64,000 nucleotides of DNA from an uncultured Candidatus Rokubacteria bacterium (lineage in GTDB: Bacteria; Methylomirabilota; Methylomirabilia; Rokubacteriales; CSP1-6): NCBI GenBank assembly GCA_963771355.1, contig CAVYTA010000007.1, positions 736,001-800,000 on the forward strand, given 5' to 3'. The stretch's first letter is position 1. Every line of letters begins with the position of its first letter. Positions 54,210 through 64,000 of the stretch are shown one piece after another. Below the pieces are notes generated by a model that saw only the letters and a program-made list of their open reading frames with translations, did not search any database and was not told the DNA's origin. Both the position numbers and the translations under genes were made by a program.

Positions 54210-54884
54210 ATGGCAGCACAGACCGCCAATCTCTATCTCGAGGATCTCGACGACGCAAGCAAAACGAGGCAGCTCCCGAATAGCGATCTCGCTGCGCTTC
54301 GCACCGTCGCAGACTGGATCAAGAGTTTCGTGACCAAGCCTCACAAGGATCTCGGCCGCGATGGGCCCGTGTGCCCCTTCGTGCCTGAAGCCATGCAGCG
54401 GAAGACTCTTTGGCTCGCTTCCGAACACATCGCTGGCCGCAGTGTGGCAGATGTGGTCCAGCTCGTAAACGGATACAAGACGCAGCTCCTGCAACAACCC
54501 TTTCATGGGGAGGGCGTTAATTACAACTCAATCGTCGTTGTTTTCACCGATCTGTCGGCGGATCGTACAAAAGGTCTCTTCGACGACGTCCTGAAGCAAC
54601 TTGCAGTTCCATCATATGTGGAGGATGGGCTGGTGATGGGAGGGTTCTACGAGAGCAACGAGGCAACTGCGATATACAATCGAAGCTTTCGACCATTCAC
54701 GCCGCCCGTGCCGTTTCTGCTCATGAGGCATGCGGTCATCAGCGACTGGAAGTTCTTCTTGGACAACGACGACTGGCTCAACCGTTGGGCGCATCGCTAT
54801 AGAGAGTCCGGAGTCCGGGCTCTCGCTGAGGAACTACGCCGCTTGCCATGGCGCGCGGGGGGCGACGAATCCCACAACAAATGA
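54210..54884 (+). CDS. DUF6875-like protein (LGRxGPVCPF motif)
   Basis: PHKDLGRDGPVCPFVP, GLVMGGFY, FRPF..PVP.LLMRH..SD. Confidence 0.7.
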   Translation: MAAQTANLYLEDLDDASKTRQLPNSDLAALRTVADWIKSFVTKPHKDLGRDGPVCPFVPEAMQRKTLWLASEHIAGRSVADVVQLVNGYKTQLLQQPFHGEGVNYNSIVVVFTDLSADRTKGLFDDVLKQLAVPSYVEDGLVMGGFYESNEATAIYNRSFRPFTPPVPFLLMRHAVISDWKFFLDNDDWLNRWAHRYRESGVRALAEELRRLPWRAGGDESHNK

Positions 54885-55153
54885 GCTCGGTACAACGAGT
54901 GTTCGGCGTGGTGGTCGGGCGCATTCGAGGCCACGTCGTCGAGAGTTTGTGGGCACGCTGGCCGCCGACGAGGTTCGGAAGCGGTACCTCGATCGGTACG
55001 TTGGCCACGTTTTTCCTGCTGGTGCACGGAACCCGATCAGGTACCTGAACCTTCGCAAGAAGCCCGCTAAGCGCACGCTGCGCGCTAGAGCGGATCGCTA
55101 GCTCGCATGCATCCGCCCCAGCCGCCCGAGGTCGCGCTGGGGGCCCTCTTCAA

Positions 55154-55213
55154 GAGGATAGGCAACATCAACGCCCCCCGGCGGCGGGCACCCCACGCGT
55201 GGTCCCCGTCCCA
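55154..55213 (-). mobile_element. Short oriIS-like end
   Basis: GAGGATAGGCAACATCAACGCCCCCCGGCGGCGGGCACCCCACGCGTGG. Confidence 0.75.
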
Positions 55214-57704
55214 CCGGCGCCACGAAGCGCCTGGCGCGCTGTCGCCAGGAACTCCGGTTCGGTGGTGCTCGATTGCAGGAGGCGGCGGTAGATCGCTTCC
55301 GCAGCGAGGCGGTCGCCGCGCGCGACCAGGCACTGCACCGCGCCCACCAGTGCGCGGGGCTCGGCCGGTGAGCCCGGGGTCAGGTACGCCGAGGTCAAAT
55401 ACATGTCGAGCGCGTCTTCATGTTGACCCGCGCCGCGGAGTATCTCTGCGACGCGGTACGCCGCCTCGCCGCTCGTCTCCCGGTCTTGGGTTCGCGCGAG
55501 ACCGTTCGCAGGTAGGAGCTTTCGGTAAACGGCCACGGCCTCGTTCAACGCGCGCAGAGCGGTCAGGGAACTGCCGGCGCCGAGCAGCGCCAGCCGCGCC
55601 CATCTCGAGCCTTCTGCGACATATGCTGCCGTCATGTACCACTCGACCGCGTCCGCGTGCAGTCCCTCGGCGTTCAAGGTTCGACCGAGGCGGTACGCAG
55701 CCTCCGCCGCAACCTCGCCATCGGTCTGGGCGACCACGCCGTAGCAGGAGGGGTGGCATCCGGTCCACTTCCCCGAAGTCCTCGAGAAGCCGAGCGTGCG
55801 AGAGCAGGCTCTGCGTTGATCGCTCGATGCGAGGATAGTCCCGGAGCACCCGGTCGTAGGCGGCGAGCGCCTCCCGGCGGCGGCCGCCCGTCTCGTCCAT
55901 CTGGGCGAGCAGGAGCAACGCGCGCGGTGCGGCGTCGCCGCCAGCAGCCGCCGCCTGCTCGAGCTGGGCACGAGCCTGAACCGTCGCGCCCGTTCGGAAC
56001 AGGGCCTCGGCGAACTCCACCTGCTCGCTCCGACCCATCGGCGTACCGGGGTAACGCGCGACCAGCTTTTCATAGGCCCGGCGTGCGATCGGCCATTGTC
56101 CGGTGGAAGCCGACGCTGCGGCCACCCGGGCCAGAAGCACGGGAGCCGCTGGATAGGAGGGAAAGTCATCGACGAGCCGGCCAGCCAGCGCGTCCACGCT
56201 CACGTCGGACCAGCCGCGGTTCGCTGCTGCGAGCAGCACGAAGCCGTGAAGCAGGTACGGGGTGCGCTCGCGTTCTTGCCCCAGCAAGCGGGTGGTGAAC
56301 GACTCGAGAGGCTCGGTACCACTCGCCCGGACGCCTCCACCAGCGCCGTGGCCCCACGACGCATTACGCGGCGGTTCGTCCAGACCCCCTTCGGCTCCCG
56401 GCACCGCGAGCGCCGCGCTCAGTCTCGCACTCGCGTCGATGACCAGAGGCTCGCTCGACTGAACCAGCACGTCGAGCTCGCGCACCGCTTCATCCTCGTG
56501 GTCTCGGCGGAGCGCGAGAACGGATCGGCTCAATCTCGCGATCCCAGCGTGCAGCGTCGATGGATACTGCGCGATGAGCCGGTGGAACAGGGCGTGAGCC
56601 GCCACCGTGTCGCCCCCCTGGCTTGCCACCTCCGCGGCGAGCACGCACGCGAGGGGAGCGCGAGCATCGGCCGGAAACTTGTCGGCGACCCCGGTCCACG
56701 ATCGTCGGGCGCGGGCGCGATCACCAAGCCGAAACTCTGCCCAACCCAGTGCCATGGCGGCGCCAGGGGTTTCCGGTGCCTTTTCGTGCCTCGACAGAAA
56801 TTCCCGGTAGCGAGCGGCGGCCTGGCCGTACGAACGCATTCCATACGCGGCGTCGGCGGCGACGAGGAGAGCCGCTGACCGCACAGCCTCCGGCACACCG
56901 CCGCGGAGCAACATCTCGGCCCCGCTTTGAGCCTGGCGGAAGTTGCCTGTCGCGAGGTCCGCCTGGGCCTGGCTCAGTAATGTCTTCCTTGCCGCCAGAG
57001 CACCGGCCGCAGGGGAGGTAACGCCGTCTCCTCCTGTCGCCGTCGCGCCGTCATTACCGCCGCCGGGCGCACCGGCACCCGCACCACCGCCTCCGGCACT
57101 CCCCGGCGCCGGGCCCGAGCTACCGGCGGCGCCGCTACTAGCGCCAGAGCCACCGCCACTGCCGGACCCGCCCGCACTACCCGAGCCCCCGCCCGCGCCG
57201 GAGCCACCGCCACTGCCGGCGCTGCTGCCCCCCGCACCACTGCCGCCACCCGAGGCACCGCCGCCGCCCGAGCCACCGCCGCCGCCCGAGCCACCGCCGC
57301 CGCCCGAGCCACCGCCGCCGCCCGAGCCGCCACCGCCGCCCGCCACCGCCACCGCCCGAACCACCGCCACCGCCCGAGCCACCGCCACCGCCCGAGCCAC
57401 CGCCACCGCCCGAGCCACCGCCACCGCCCGAGCCACCGCCACCGCCCGAGCCACCGCCACCGCCCGAGCCGCCTCCCCCGCCTCCGCCACCCCCGCCGCC
57501 GCCTCCGCCACCCCCGCCGCCGCCTCCGCCACCCCCGCCGCCTTTGGCGATAAGGACGTGTCCGTGCGTGTCGCTGGTATCGCTCGGCGCCAGTCTGACC
57601 GTCGAATCGTCCTTCGGGGCAGCGGTGACGCGGGGAGCCGCTATCGGGATGGTCAAGCCGATCGCGAAGAGCGCCGCAAGGATGGCGCGGTAGATGGAGA
57701 CCAT
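55168..57704 (-). CDS. Secreted TPR-repeat protein with a long Gly-rich linker; frameshifts near 57340 and 55740
   Basis: Signal peptide MVSIYRAILAALF, Gly run, TPR-like YP.S/TP motifs. Confidence 0.7.
57250..57545. repeat. 18-bp tandem repeats encoding (GGGGGS)n and poly-Gly
   Basis: CCGAGCCACCGCCACCGC and CCGAGCCACCGCCGCCGC arrays. Confidence 0.9.
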
Positions 57705-57979
57705 CGGGGCAACTGGCTGCACTCGTTGTGCCCGTGACCTCGGCGATCTGCGCTGCGCAAACTCGGGCGGCCGGGCCAGGGAACCCTGGCGGGCTGCGGC
57801 ATGCCCCCGGGCGAGAGTGATCACCCCGCGTTCCTTCCTCGACGCGTTCTGACTTCGACTTATACTGCTTCGCGCCGGCCGCACCGTCAAGGCCCCCCTT
57901 TGGCCTCGGGGGCAGCGACACCTGAGCCCACGGGCTGAAAAGCTAGAGGAACCCGAGCGCGCCCAGCGCCACCCTCCTT

Positions 57980-58096
57980 GAGGATAGGCAACATCAACGC
58001 CCTCCGGCGGCGGGCACCCTACGCGTGGCCCCCGTCCCCGTGACCTAACCGCCCAGACTCAGACGCCAGCCGCCCCAGGAGCCGCTGTCACAGCGA
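57980..58096 (-). mobile_element. Partial oriIS-like end
   Basis: Near-identical to 59549 and 61048 copies. Confidence 0.85.
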
Positions 58097-58101
58097 CCTT
58101 C

Positions 58102-58365
58102 TTGCCGCCCGAGAGTGGAGGCCGTCAAAAGCCGCCAGCGTTGCCGGGCTACCGGCCACATTTCGTTGTCGACGGCACGACTGACTATCTCGGCGTCATC
58201 TTCACCAAAGCGGGTGCGGCGCCAGAATTCGGGAAAGCCGTCCGCGCGACAGCTCAGTGCGTATACGACGGCGTCGACTACTCACGCCGGTTGCCCGGGA
58301 CCCGGTTCAACGTCGTCGAGGGTACCCGCGTCGTCGCGCACGGCGTTGTTCTCCGATTGTTCTCC
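58102..58365 (+). pseudogene. Stand-alone EF-Tu domain III-like protein, 5' truncated
   Basis: ESGGRQKP..GYRPHF..GTRFNVVEG.RVVAHG.V. Confidence 0.55.
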
Positions 58366-58609
58366 CACGATAGCGAGCGCGCACCCCTGCCGACGACGCC
58401 AGACCTTTTCCGCGAGGAGCTTCGACTTTACGTGACTCTTGCTCGGCAGCTTGGCCGAAATCGAAGAGGTCCACGGTCAACCGGCGAGTGTCGTTCTCGA
58501 GCGCTGGATCTCGCGCGAAGAATCGGCGCGCCGCTTCGATCGGGCTGTGCGGCGCGGCGGAATATCTGCAACCGTTCCTGTGCTGCCACTCCCTCAGGCA
58601 AGCAGCAAA

Positions 58610-58689
58610 GGAATCACGCTCAACGCCTCGTCTCGTACCTGGTCAGGACGGAATCACGCTCAACGCCTCGTCTCGTACCTGGTCAGGAC
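58610..58689. repeat. 40-bp tandem duplication over the DHFR gene stop
   Basis: GGAATCACGCTCAACGCCTCGTCTCGTACCTGGTCAGGAC x2. Confidence 0.9.
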
Positions 58690-59223
58690 CACGCCGCCGG
58701 GAAACGTCCGCGTCTCCACCAGGTTCAGGTTCACCCAGCTATCCAGCGCGGTGAAGAACGGTGTGCCGCCGCCCACCAGCACCGGATGGGTCACGATCTC
58801 GTACTCGTCGATCAGCCCGGCCCGCATGGCCGCCCCAGCGAGCGCTGCGCCACCAACCCTCATCGGCTCGCCGTCCTCGGCCTTGAGCCGGGTGATCTCC
58901 GCGACCGCGTCGCCGGTGACCAGGCGAGTGTTCCAGTCGACCTTGTCGACCGTCGAGGAGAACACCACCTTCGGCGTATCCCGCCAGTTCCGCGCAAACT
59001 CGATCTGCGCCGGGGTGGCACCCGGCTGCTGGTCGCCGGTCGGCCAGTAGGAACTCATGGTTTCCCACAGCTTGCGCCCGTACAACAACAGGCCGATCGC
59101 TAGCTCCTGGTCGAGCCACCACTGAAACAGCTCGTCGCTCGGCCCGCTCCAGCCGAGGTCGTCGCCGGGCGCGGCGACGTAGCCGTCCAGGGTCAGGTTC
59201 ATGCCGTAGATCAGTTTCCGCAT
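58660..59223 (-). CDS. Dihydrofolate reductase / RibD C-terminal family protein
   Basis: MRKLIYGMNLTLDGY, LLYGRKLWE, GLIDEY..PVLVGGG. Confidence 0.9.
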   Translation of the reverse strand: MRKLIYGMNLTLDGYVAAPGDDLGWSGPSDELFQWWLDQELAIGLLLYGRKLWETMSSYWPTGDQQPGATPAQIEFARNWRDTPKVVFSSTVDKVDWNTRLVTGDAVAEITRLKAEDGEPMRVGGAALAGAAMRAGLIDEYEIVTHPVLVGGGTPFFTALDSWVNLNLVETRTFPGGVVLTRYETRR

Positions 59224-59548
59224 GGCGCCATGCCTTTCTGTCAGTCGGTTTCGGGAGTCTAGACCGGCTCGGCGCAGACAACTGATCAATGCGCGATCTG
59301 CTTTACAACTTTCACGGGCTCGAATGCCGCTTCACCCATCCCGATGGCACCGTCGTCGATGTCGCTCTGACCACGCTTCGCCGTGGTGAACTTGTTGTCG
59401 TCGATTTCGCGGCTGCGGTGCCGATCGATGCAGGATTCCTCGCTGAGTTCTGTAGAACACGCCCCGGAGGCAAGCTGCCCCGTCTCGACTTCGCGGGCGC
59501 GTTACGACAGCTCGACGCTCTGGGAGCCCAAGGGGAGCTCGCCGTCCA

Positions 59549-59675
59549 GAGGATAGGCAACATCAACGCCCTCTGGCGGCGGGCACCCCACGCGTGGCCC
59601 CCGTCCCGTGACCTAACCGCCCAGACTCGGACGCCAGCCGCCCCAGGAGCCGCTGTCACAGCGTCCTCGCCGACC
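59549..59675 (-). mobile_element. Partial oriIS-like end
   Basis: Near-identical to 61048-61163. Confidence 0.85.
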
Positions 59676-60043
59676 GCTCGCAGTTCTTCAAGGATCTCAG
59701 CGCCCCGTTCTACGGCGCCAACCGGCCGGGGGCCAAGGTCTCACAAGGGCTGCGCGACTCCTTCTGGCTCCAGGGGATGCAGGCCGGGTTCAAGGGCGTC
59801 ATCGATTGCATCAAGGCCTTCTCGGAGACGAACTTCACCGAGGACCTCAAGAAGATCGACGTGCCGACCCTGATCCTGCACGGCGACGACGACCAGATCG
59901 TGCCAATCGGCGCCTCGGCCCTCCTTTCCGCCAAGCTGGTCAAGGCGAACATGCTGAAGGTCTACCCGGGCCTGCCCCACGGTATGTGCTCGACCCACAA
60001 GGACCAGGTCAACGCGGATCTTCTGGCCTTCCTGAAGGGGTAG
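59670..60043 (+). pseudogene. Non-heme chloroperoxidase/alpha-beta hydrolase, 3' half only
   Basis: [46 protein letters not shown]. Confidence 0.85.
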
Positions 60044-60138
60044 CTGGCACCATGATCTGGGGCATGTCGGGACCCCCGACGACGACGTCCGTCCGCTCAT
60101 CTTCCTGATGTCCGACGAGGACGTCACCCTCTCGCGGC

Positions 60139-61026
60139 TCAGAAGCGAAATGTCAGTCCCGTCGCGATGGTCTGCACGTCCTTGGCGTTGGTACCGTACT
60201 CGAGAAACAGGTCCCAGTGCCGGAACAACGTGACGGACCCGCCGATCGTGGCGTTCAGGGGATGAGTCGGCGCCTGCCGGGCCTCGAAGCTGACCTTCCC
60301 GACGTTCGGCACGGTCACGGTCGCGCTCGCCGTGCTCTCGGTACCCCAGTACATCCCGCCGAGCCAGAGGCGGACCGGGGCGTACAGGACCTTGCCGTTC
60401 CACCCGACCCGGATGGTCCCCACGAGCGCCTTGAAGCGATCGTCGAACCCGATATCGGTCTGCGTGTAGTTCACGTCGCCAAGAACGAAGAACTGGCGGT
60501 ACCCTCCCGCCAGGGTGACCCCGGCCCCTCCCACGAAGCCCTCCAGCTGACTCTTGCCCGACACATCGAAGGTCAGCGAGCCGGGCAGCGGGCCCGGCCG
60601 CGGCACCGTCACGGTGCCCCGCGTGGTGGTGTTGTTGATCACGGCGCCGACGAGGGCATAGACGTCGAGGAAGGGCAGCAGCCACGCATCGAACCGCAGC
60701 GCCGCCACGCTGGTGTGGCTGCGGGACCCGAGGCTCACGAACCGGCTCACGTCACGAAGGGGTGCGCCATTGAGGCCCAGCCGCACATCGGAGACGTCGA
60801 CATCCCGCTCGATGTAGTAGTAGACGGCGGAAAGCCCGAGCGGCAAGGGGAGCTCGTACCCGCGCTTCACGGCCTCGCCCGCGAAGAACGGGAGCGCGTG
60901 CGGCCATTGCCCTTCGTCCGTGGCTGCGATGGCGCCGGCGGCCGAGCGAGGCGGGTCCGCCGCCGCGGTGGGAGTTACGACGACCAGCACGAGAAGGAGC
61001 ACGATCGGGACGGGCGAGACGCGCAT
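60139..61026 (-). CDS. Putative outer-membrane beta-barrel protein
   Basis: Signal peptide, GYELPLPLG, DAWLLPFL.VY, C-terminal FRF. Confidence 0.7.
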   Translation of the reverse strand: MRVSPVPIVLLLVLVVVTPTAAADPPRSAAGAIAATDEGQWPHALPFFAGEAVKRGYELPLPLGLSAVYYYIERDVDVSDVRLGLNGAPLRDVSRFVSLGSRSHTSVAALRFDAWLLPFLDVYALVGAVINNTTTRGTVTVPRPGPLPGSLTFDVSGKSQLEGFVGGAGVTLAGGYRQFFVLGDVNYTQTDIGFDDRFKALVGTIRVGWNGKVLYAPVRLWLGGMYWGTESTASATVTVPNVGKVSFEARQAPTHPLNATIGGSVTLFRHWDLFLEYGTNAKDVQTIATGLTFRF

Positions 61027-61047
61027 GCCGGGGTCATCATTTCACGA

Positions 61048-63256
61048 GAGGATAGGCAACATCAACGCCCTCTGGCGGCGGGCACCCCACGCGTGGCCCC
61101 CGTCCCCGTGACCTAACCGCCCAGACTCGGACGCCAGCCGCCCCAGGAGCCGCTGTCACAGCGCACATTAGCGGCCTCCTTGCCGATCGAGCGAGCCGAC
61201 CCGGGTGAGCGACATGCTAGGCCAGACAGACGGCCGCCGTCAATCGACCGGTGGACCGGCCGAATCAGCACGAATGCCACCTCGCGGCGCCAGCACGACG
61301 GCGTCCGCCGCGCCCCCGAGCCGATCCGATCAGGACGCGGCGGCGTCGGACTCGGGAGGGGCGGGGCCGGGACTCTGCCCCGAGTGGCCGAGGGCGAGGT
61401 GCGCGAGGATCTTCCGGATGACCGCGGGATCGTGCAGCGTGGCGATCAGGCGTAGGCGGCCTACACAATGGGCACACGCCAGCACGTCGATGCCGAACGC
61501 CCGGTGCATCAGGGCCGCCCAGCTCCAGGCGCGCGGACTGGCGGTCTTCACCCCCGTGCCGTCCGGACCTGCGGCCAGCGGCGCCGTCGAGGCCGTGGGC
61601 TCGGGCACGGGCCGTCCATAGACGACCACTCGCGCGCGCCAGCGTGCGCGCGAGGCCAACACGCCATGGCAAATCAGCAAGTTGGTTTCGGGCCGCGGCG
61701 TCATCGCCGCCAACCGCTCCAGGAACTCCAGCGGCTCGAAGACCAACTCTCGTGTCCCGTCGTGCCACGCCCTCTTGAGCTCCAGCGCGACGCGGCCGTC
61801 GCCCCGCAGCCGCAGGCGCTCCTGCGCGAAGGGCGGACGCAAGACGTATCGACACAAACGCTCCACCCCCGCCCGATCGTTCGCCGGCACCCACACGTTG
61901 GCGTGCAGGTCGAAGCCCTCCAGGTGCGCCTGCCGCGGCCCGCGCGACGGCACGGCCGCCGTGTCGCGCGCCTCGCCGAGCCGCCGCACCCGCGCCCCCG
62001 CGCGCGAGCCCAGCGCCACCCGCCCCTGAACCGAGGCCCCGACGATCCCCGCCATTATGGGGGACTCGTCCGCGAGGGGATCTGCCGGCCCCGTCGCGTC
62101 GTCGCCGGGCTCCAGGCCCCGGCGCACGAGCAGCCGTTGCACCCGCTGGCGGATCGTCGCCAGCGCTGCCGCGACCTCGGCGTCGCTCGGTGCCGGCGCC
62201 GGCTGAAACGCCAGCGCGCCCCCGGGCGCTTCGGTGAACACTCCGTCCAGCACGAGGGTGTGAAAGTGCAGGTTCACGTTCAACCCGCTGCCTGCGCGCT
62301 GCATCACGGTGACGCTGCCGGTGCGTCCACCCGGCACGCCGCACTCCCGGGCGCCGCGCGCGTACACGTCGAGCAGCACGCGTGTGTACACCCGCAGCAC
62401 CGCGCGGCTCAGTCCGTGATTCCACGCCATCTGGTACCGGAGCCGATACGGCACCGTCAGGACCCACTGCCGCACCGGCACCCACGGCAACACCGCGTCC
62501 ACCAGATGCGCGGCGCGCTCCGTCATCCGCCGGCCACCGCAACTGGGGACACCACCCCCGCCCTTTACACGAAAACGGCACCAAATGCTCGCGCGCGCAG
62601 CCCTCGCACCGAAACCGCGCCACGCCGTGTTCCAACACGCCGCACGTCAGAAACTCCCGGAACTCGCGCTCGACGAACTGCGGCAGGCCCGCGCCGTCGC
62701 CGGTCTCCGCCACCGCGCGCAGGAAGACCTCCAGGTGCTCGGCGATGACCTGGTGGAGCACGGTGTGCTCGGCGTCGCGGGGCCGGTAGACCGCTCGCTG
62801 GAGGGCCATGGCCCCCAGGTGGGGTGACGCCGCCGACCGGGACAATGCTGAGAGAGTGATACACCGATCAGGGTGGGGATGGCGGCGGCCGAACCGCTGC
62901 CGGCGGTGCGTCTACGTTCCGGAACGGTCGGGAGGGCAGCCTCGCGCGCGCGGCGATCGCGTGGTGTGACCCGGGGAGGGCGGTGGTCTGTATGTCCATG
63001 GCGTCTGGCCGGAGCTGGATGGTCCTCCCCGCCTCAGAGCACATCGAACTCTGGGGTAGCCGAGGCAGTGCGCAGGGAACGTCGAGCGGCACATGTTCGG
63101 TGGCGTGCTGTTGTCGAGCTGGCGTGGACCGCACAGGTTCTGAGACATTTGGTGAACACGTGGTCGTGACTGAAACACGACGGATTTAGATCGGGATCTC
63201 GAAGCAGAAGCTCAGCGACCTGTTCGCCGGCAAGTGGTTGCGGGCCCCGCAACCGA
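61048..63256 (-). mobile_element. ISCR/IS91-family rolling-circle element, copy 2
   Basis: oriIS-like end at 61048, transposase, upstream region ending in the att-like palindrome. Confidence 0.88.
61330..62809 (-). CDS. ISCR/IS91 HUH transposase (single frameshift in a G-run near 62548)
   Basis: [49 protein letters not shown]. Confidence 0.88.
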
Positions 63257-63325
63257 CAAACACAAGGGGTCGGCGCTTCCGCCGAGCCCCATGTGTCGGC
63301 TAGCCGACTTGTCCCGAAACTTGTC
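63235..63325 (+). repeat. att-like junction (palindrome + terminator + ACTTGTC x2), diverged copy
   Basis: TGGTTGCGGGCCCCGCAACC..CACAAGGGGTCGGCG..GCCGAGCCCC. Confidence 0.8.
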
Positions 63326-63599
63326 TCCCTTCGCCACGATCTCCCACGGCTTTGACGGGCCCCCCACTCCTTAGGCGATAGTGGGAAGGGGGGCCTGGCG
63401 CTCGTCGATCGCGTGGTGTGACCCGGGGAGGGTCTGCGAGTCCGTGGCTCCCTCATGCGCCAAGACGCACCGGATCGTGAAAGTGAAAGTAGAGCCTTGC
63501 CCACCTAGCTCTTCACCCAGATTCGGTCCGAGGGCTCGGGCATGCATCTGGACGCGCTGCCCCTCAGGCGTGGCGCCTCGACATCGCGCGGGGTGATTC

Positions 63600-64000
63600 C
63601 TACTTCTTCGGGGGCGTCGTGTCCGCCGGCTGCCAGCTGCGATCGGGATTGAACAGCTTCATCGCTCCCGCCACCCGCGCCGTCGCCTCGCCGAGATCCT
63701 TCTGAAACACCTTGCCGTCATGGCTCACGATGAAGGTCATGACGCCGGAGTCCCCGTACTGGGCGGGATAGGCGACCAGGCCGAATCCGCCGATCATGTG
63801 CCCGCGCGCCACGTAGTCGTACGCCCCGCCCGGAGCGTCCGGACCCTGGCCGGTGAGAATCCGGTAGAGGTAGCCGTGGTAGGGGCGCGGGCCGTCGGTG
63901 GCCTTCCCGGCATATCCCTGCGCGCGGGCCTGGGCCACCAGCTCACCGAGGGGACTGGGCGCGTCGGCAGGCTTCGTCGGCCAGTAGAGACCGTCGCGCT
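63600..64000 (-). CDS. DUF2950-family protein, 5' part outside window
   Basis: DGLYWP, PYHGYLYRIL, AYPAQYGDSGVMTFIV..QKDLG, FNPD. Confidence 0.85.
   Translation of the reverse strand, partial: RDGLYWPTKPADAPSPLGELVAQARAQGYAGKATDGPRPYHGYLYRILTGQGPDAPGGAYDYVARGHMIGGFGLVAYPAQYGDSGVMTFIVSHDGKVFQKDLGEATARVAGAMKLFNPDRSWQPADTTPPKK

Noticed and set aside
57250..57545. Possible CRISPR array in the 18-bp repeats
   Set aside because: No unique spacers; repeats are contiguous and encode Gly/Ser; no cas genes
29862..61330. oriIS repeats as integron attC sites or CRISPR repeats
   Set aside because: No GTTRRRY/RYYYAAC box structure seen, no intI, kb-scale irregular spacing; they match the end of the IS91-type element
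25910..64000. Prophage or conjugative element
   Set aside because: No structural, replication, relaxase/T4SS or intact integrase genes recognised

Overview
GC-rich (~70%) bacterial window. The gene families (orphan ABC substrate-binding proteins, double-zinc-ribbon adenylate-cyclase/AAA/TPR proteins) suggest Candidatus Rokubacteria/Methylomirabilota; this is inference only. Positions 1-25.9 kb are intact core genome: amidase, crcB, aroF preceded by an unannotated Trp/Tyr/Phe-rich leader peptide and attenuator, tRNA-Val, thrS-infC(ATA start)-rpmI-rplT-pheST-zapB/zapA-6S RNA-rny-ymdB-folD-xseAB-ispA-eno(CTG start)-ftsB, a GT2 and tRNA-fMet. From the tRNA-fMet 3' end to the window end is a mosaic island with many frameshifts. 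It appears to be a tandem array of modules separated by repeated tRNA-fMet 3'-end/att-like junctions. Three modules end in an ISCR/IS91-type rolling-circle element (two with transposase, one miniature), and eight co-oriented oriIS-like ends punctuate and truncate cargo genes. Notable cargo: a DUF2332 + small peptide + ferritin-like diiron enzyme + IucA/IucC ligase cluster (candidate new RiPP-like or metallophore pathway), a UGA-recoded UxxC redoxin selenoprotein with a SECIS-like hairpin on its own att-bounded mini-cassette, and a secreted TPR protein with a natural poly-Gly/(G5S)n linker.
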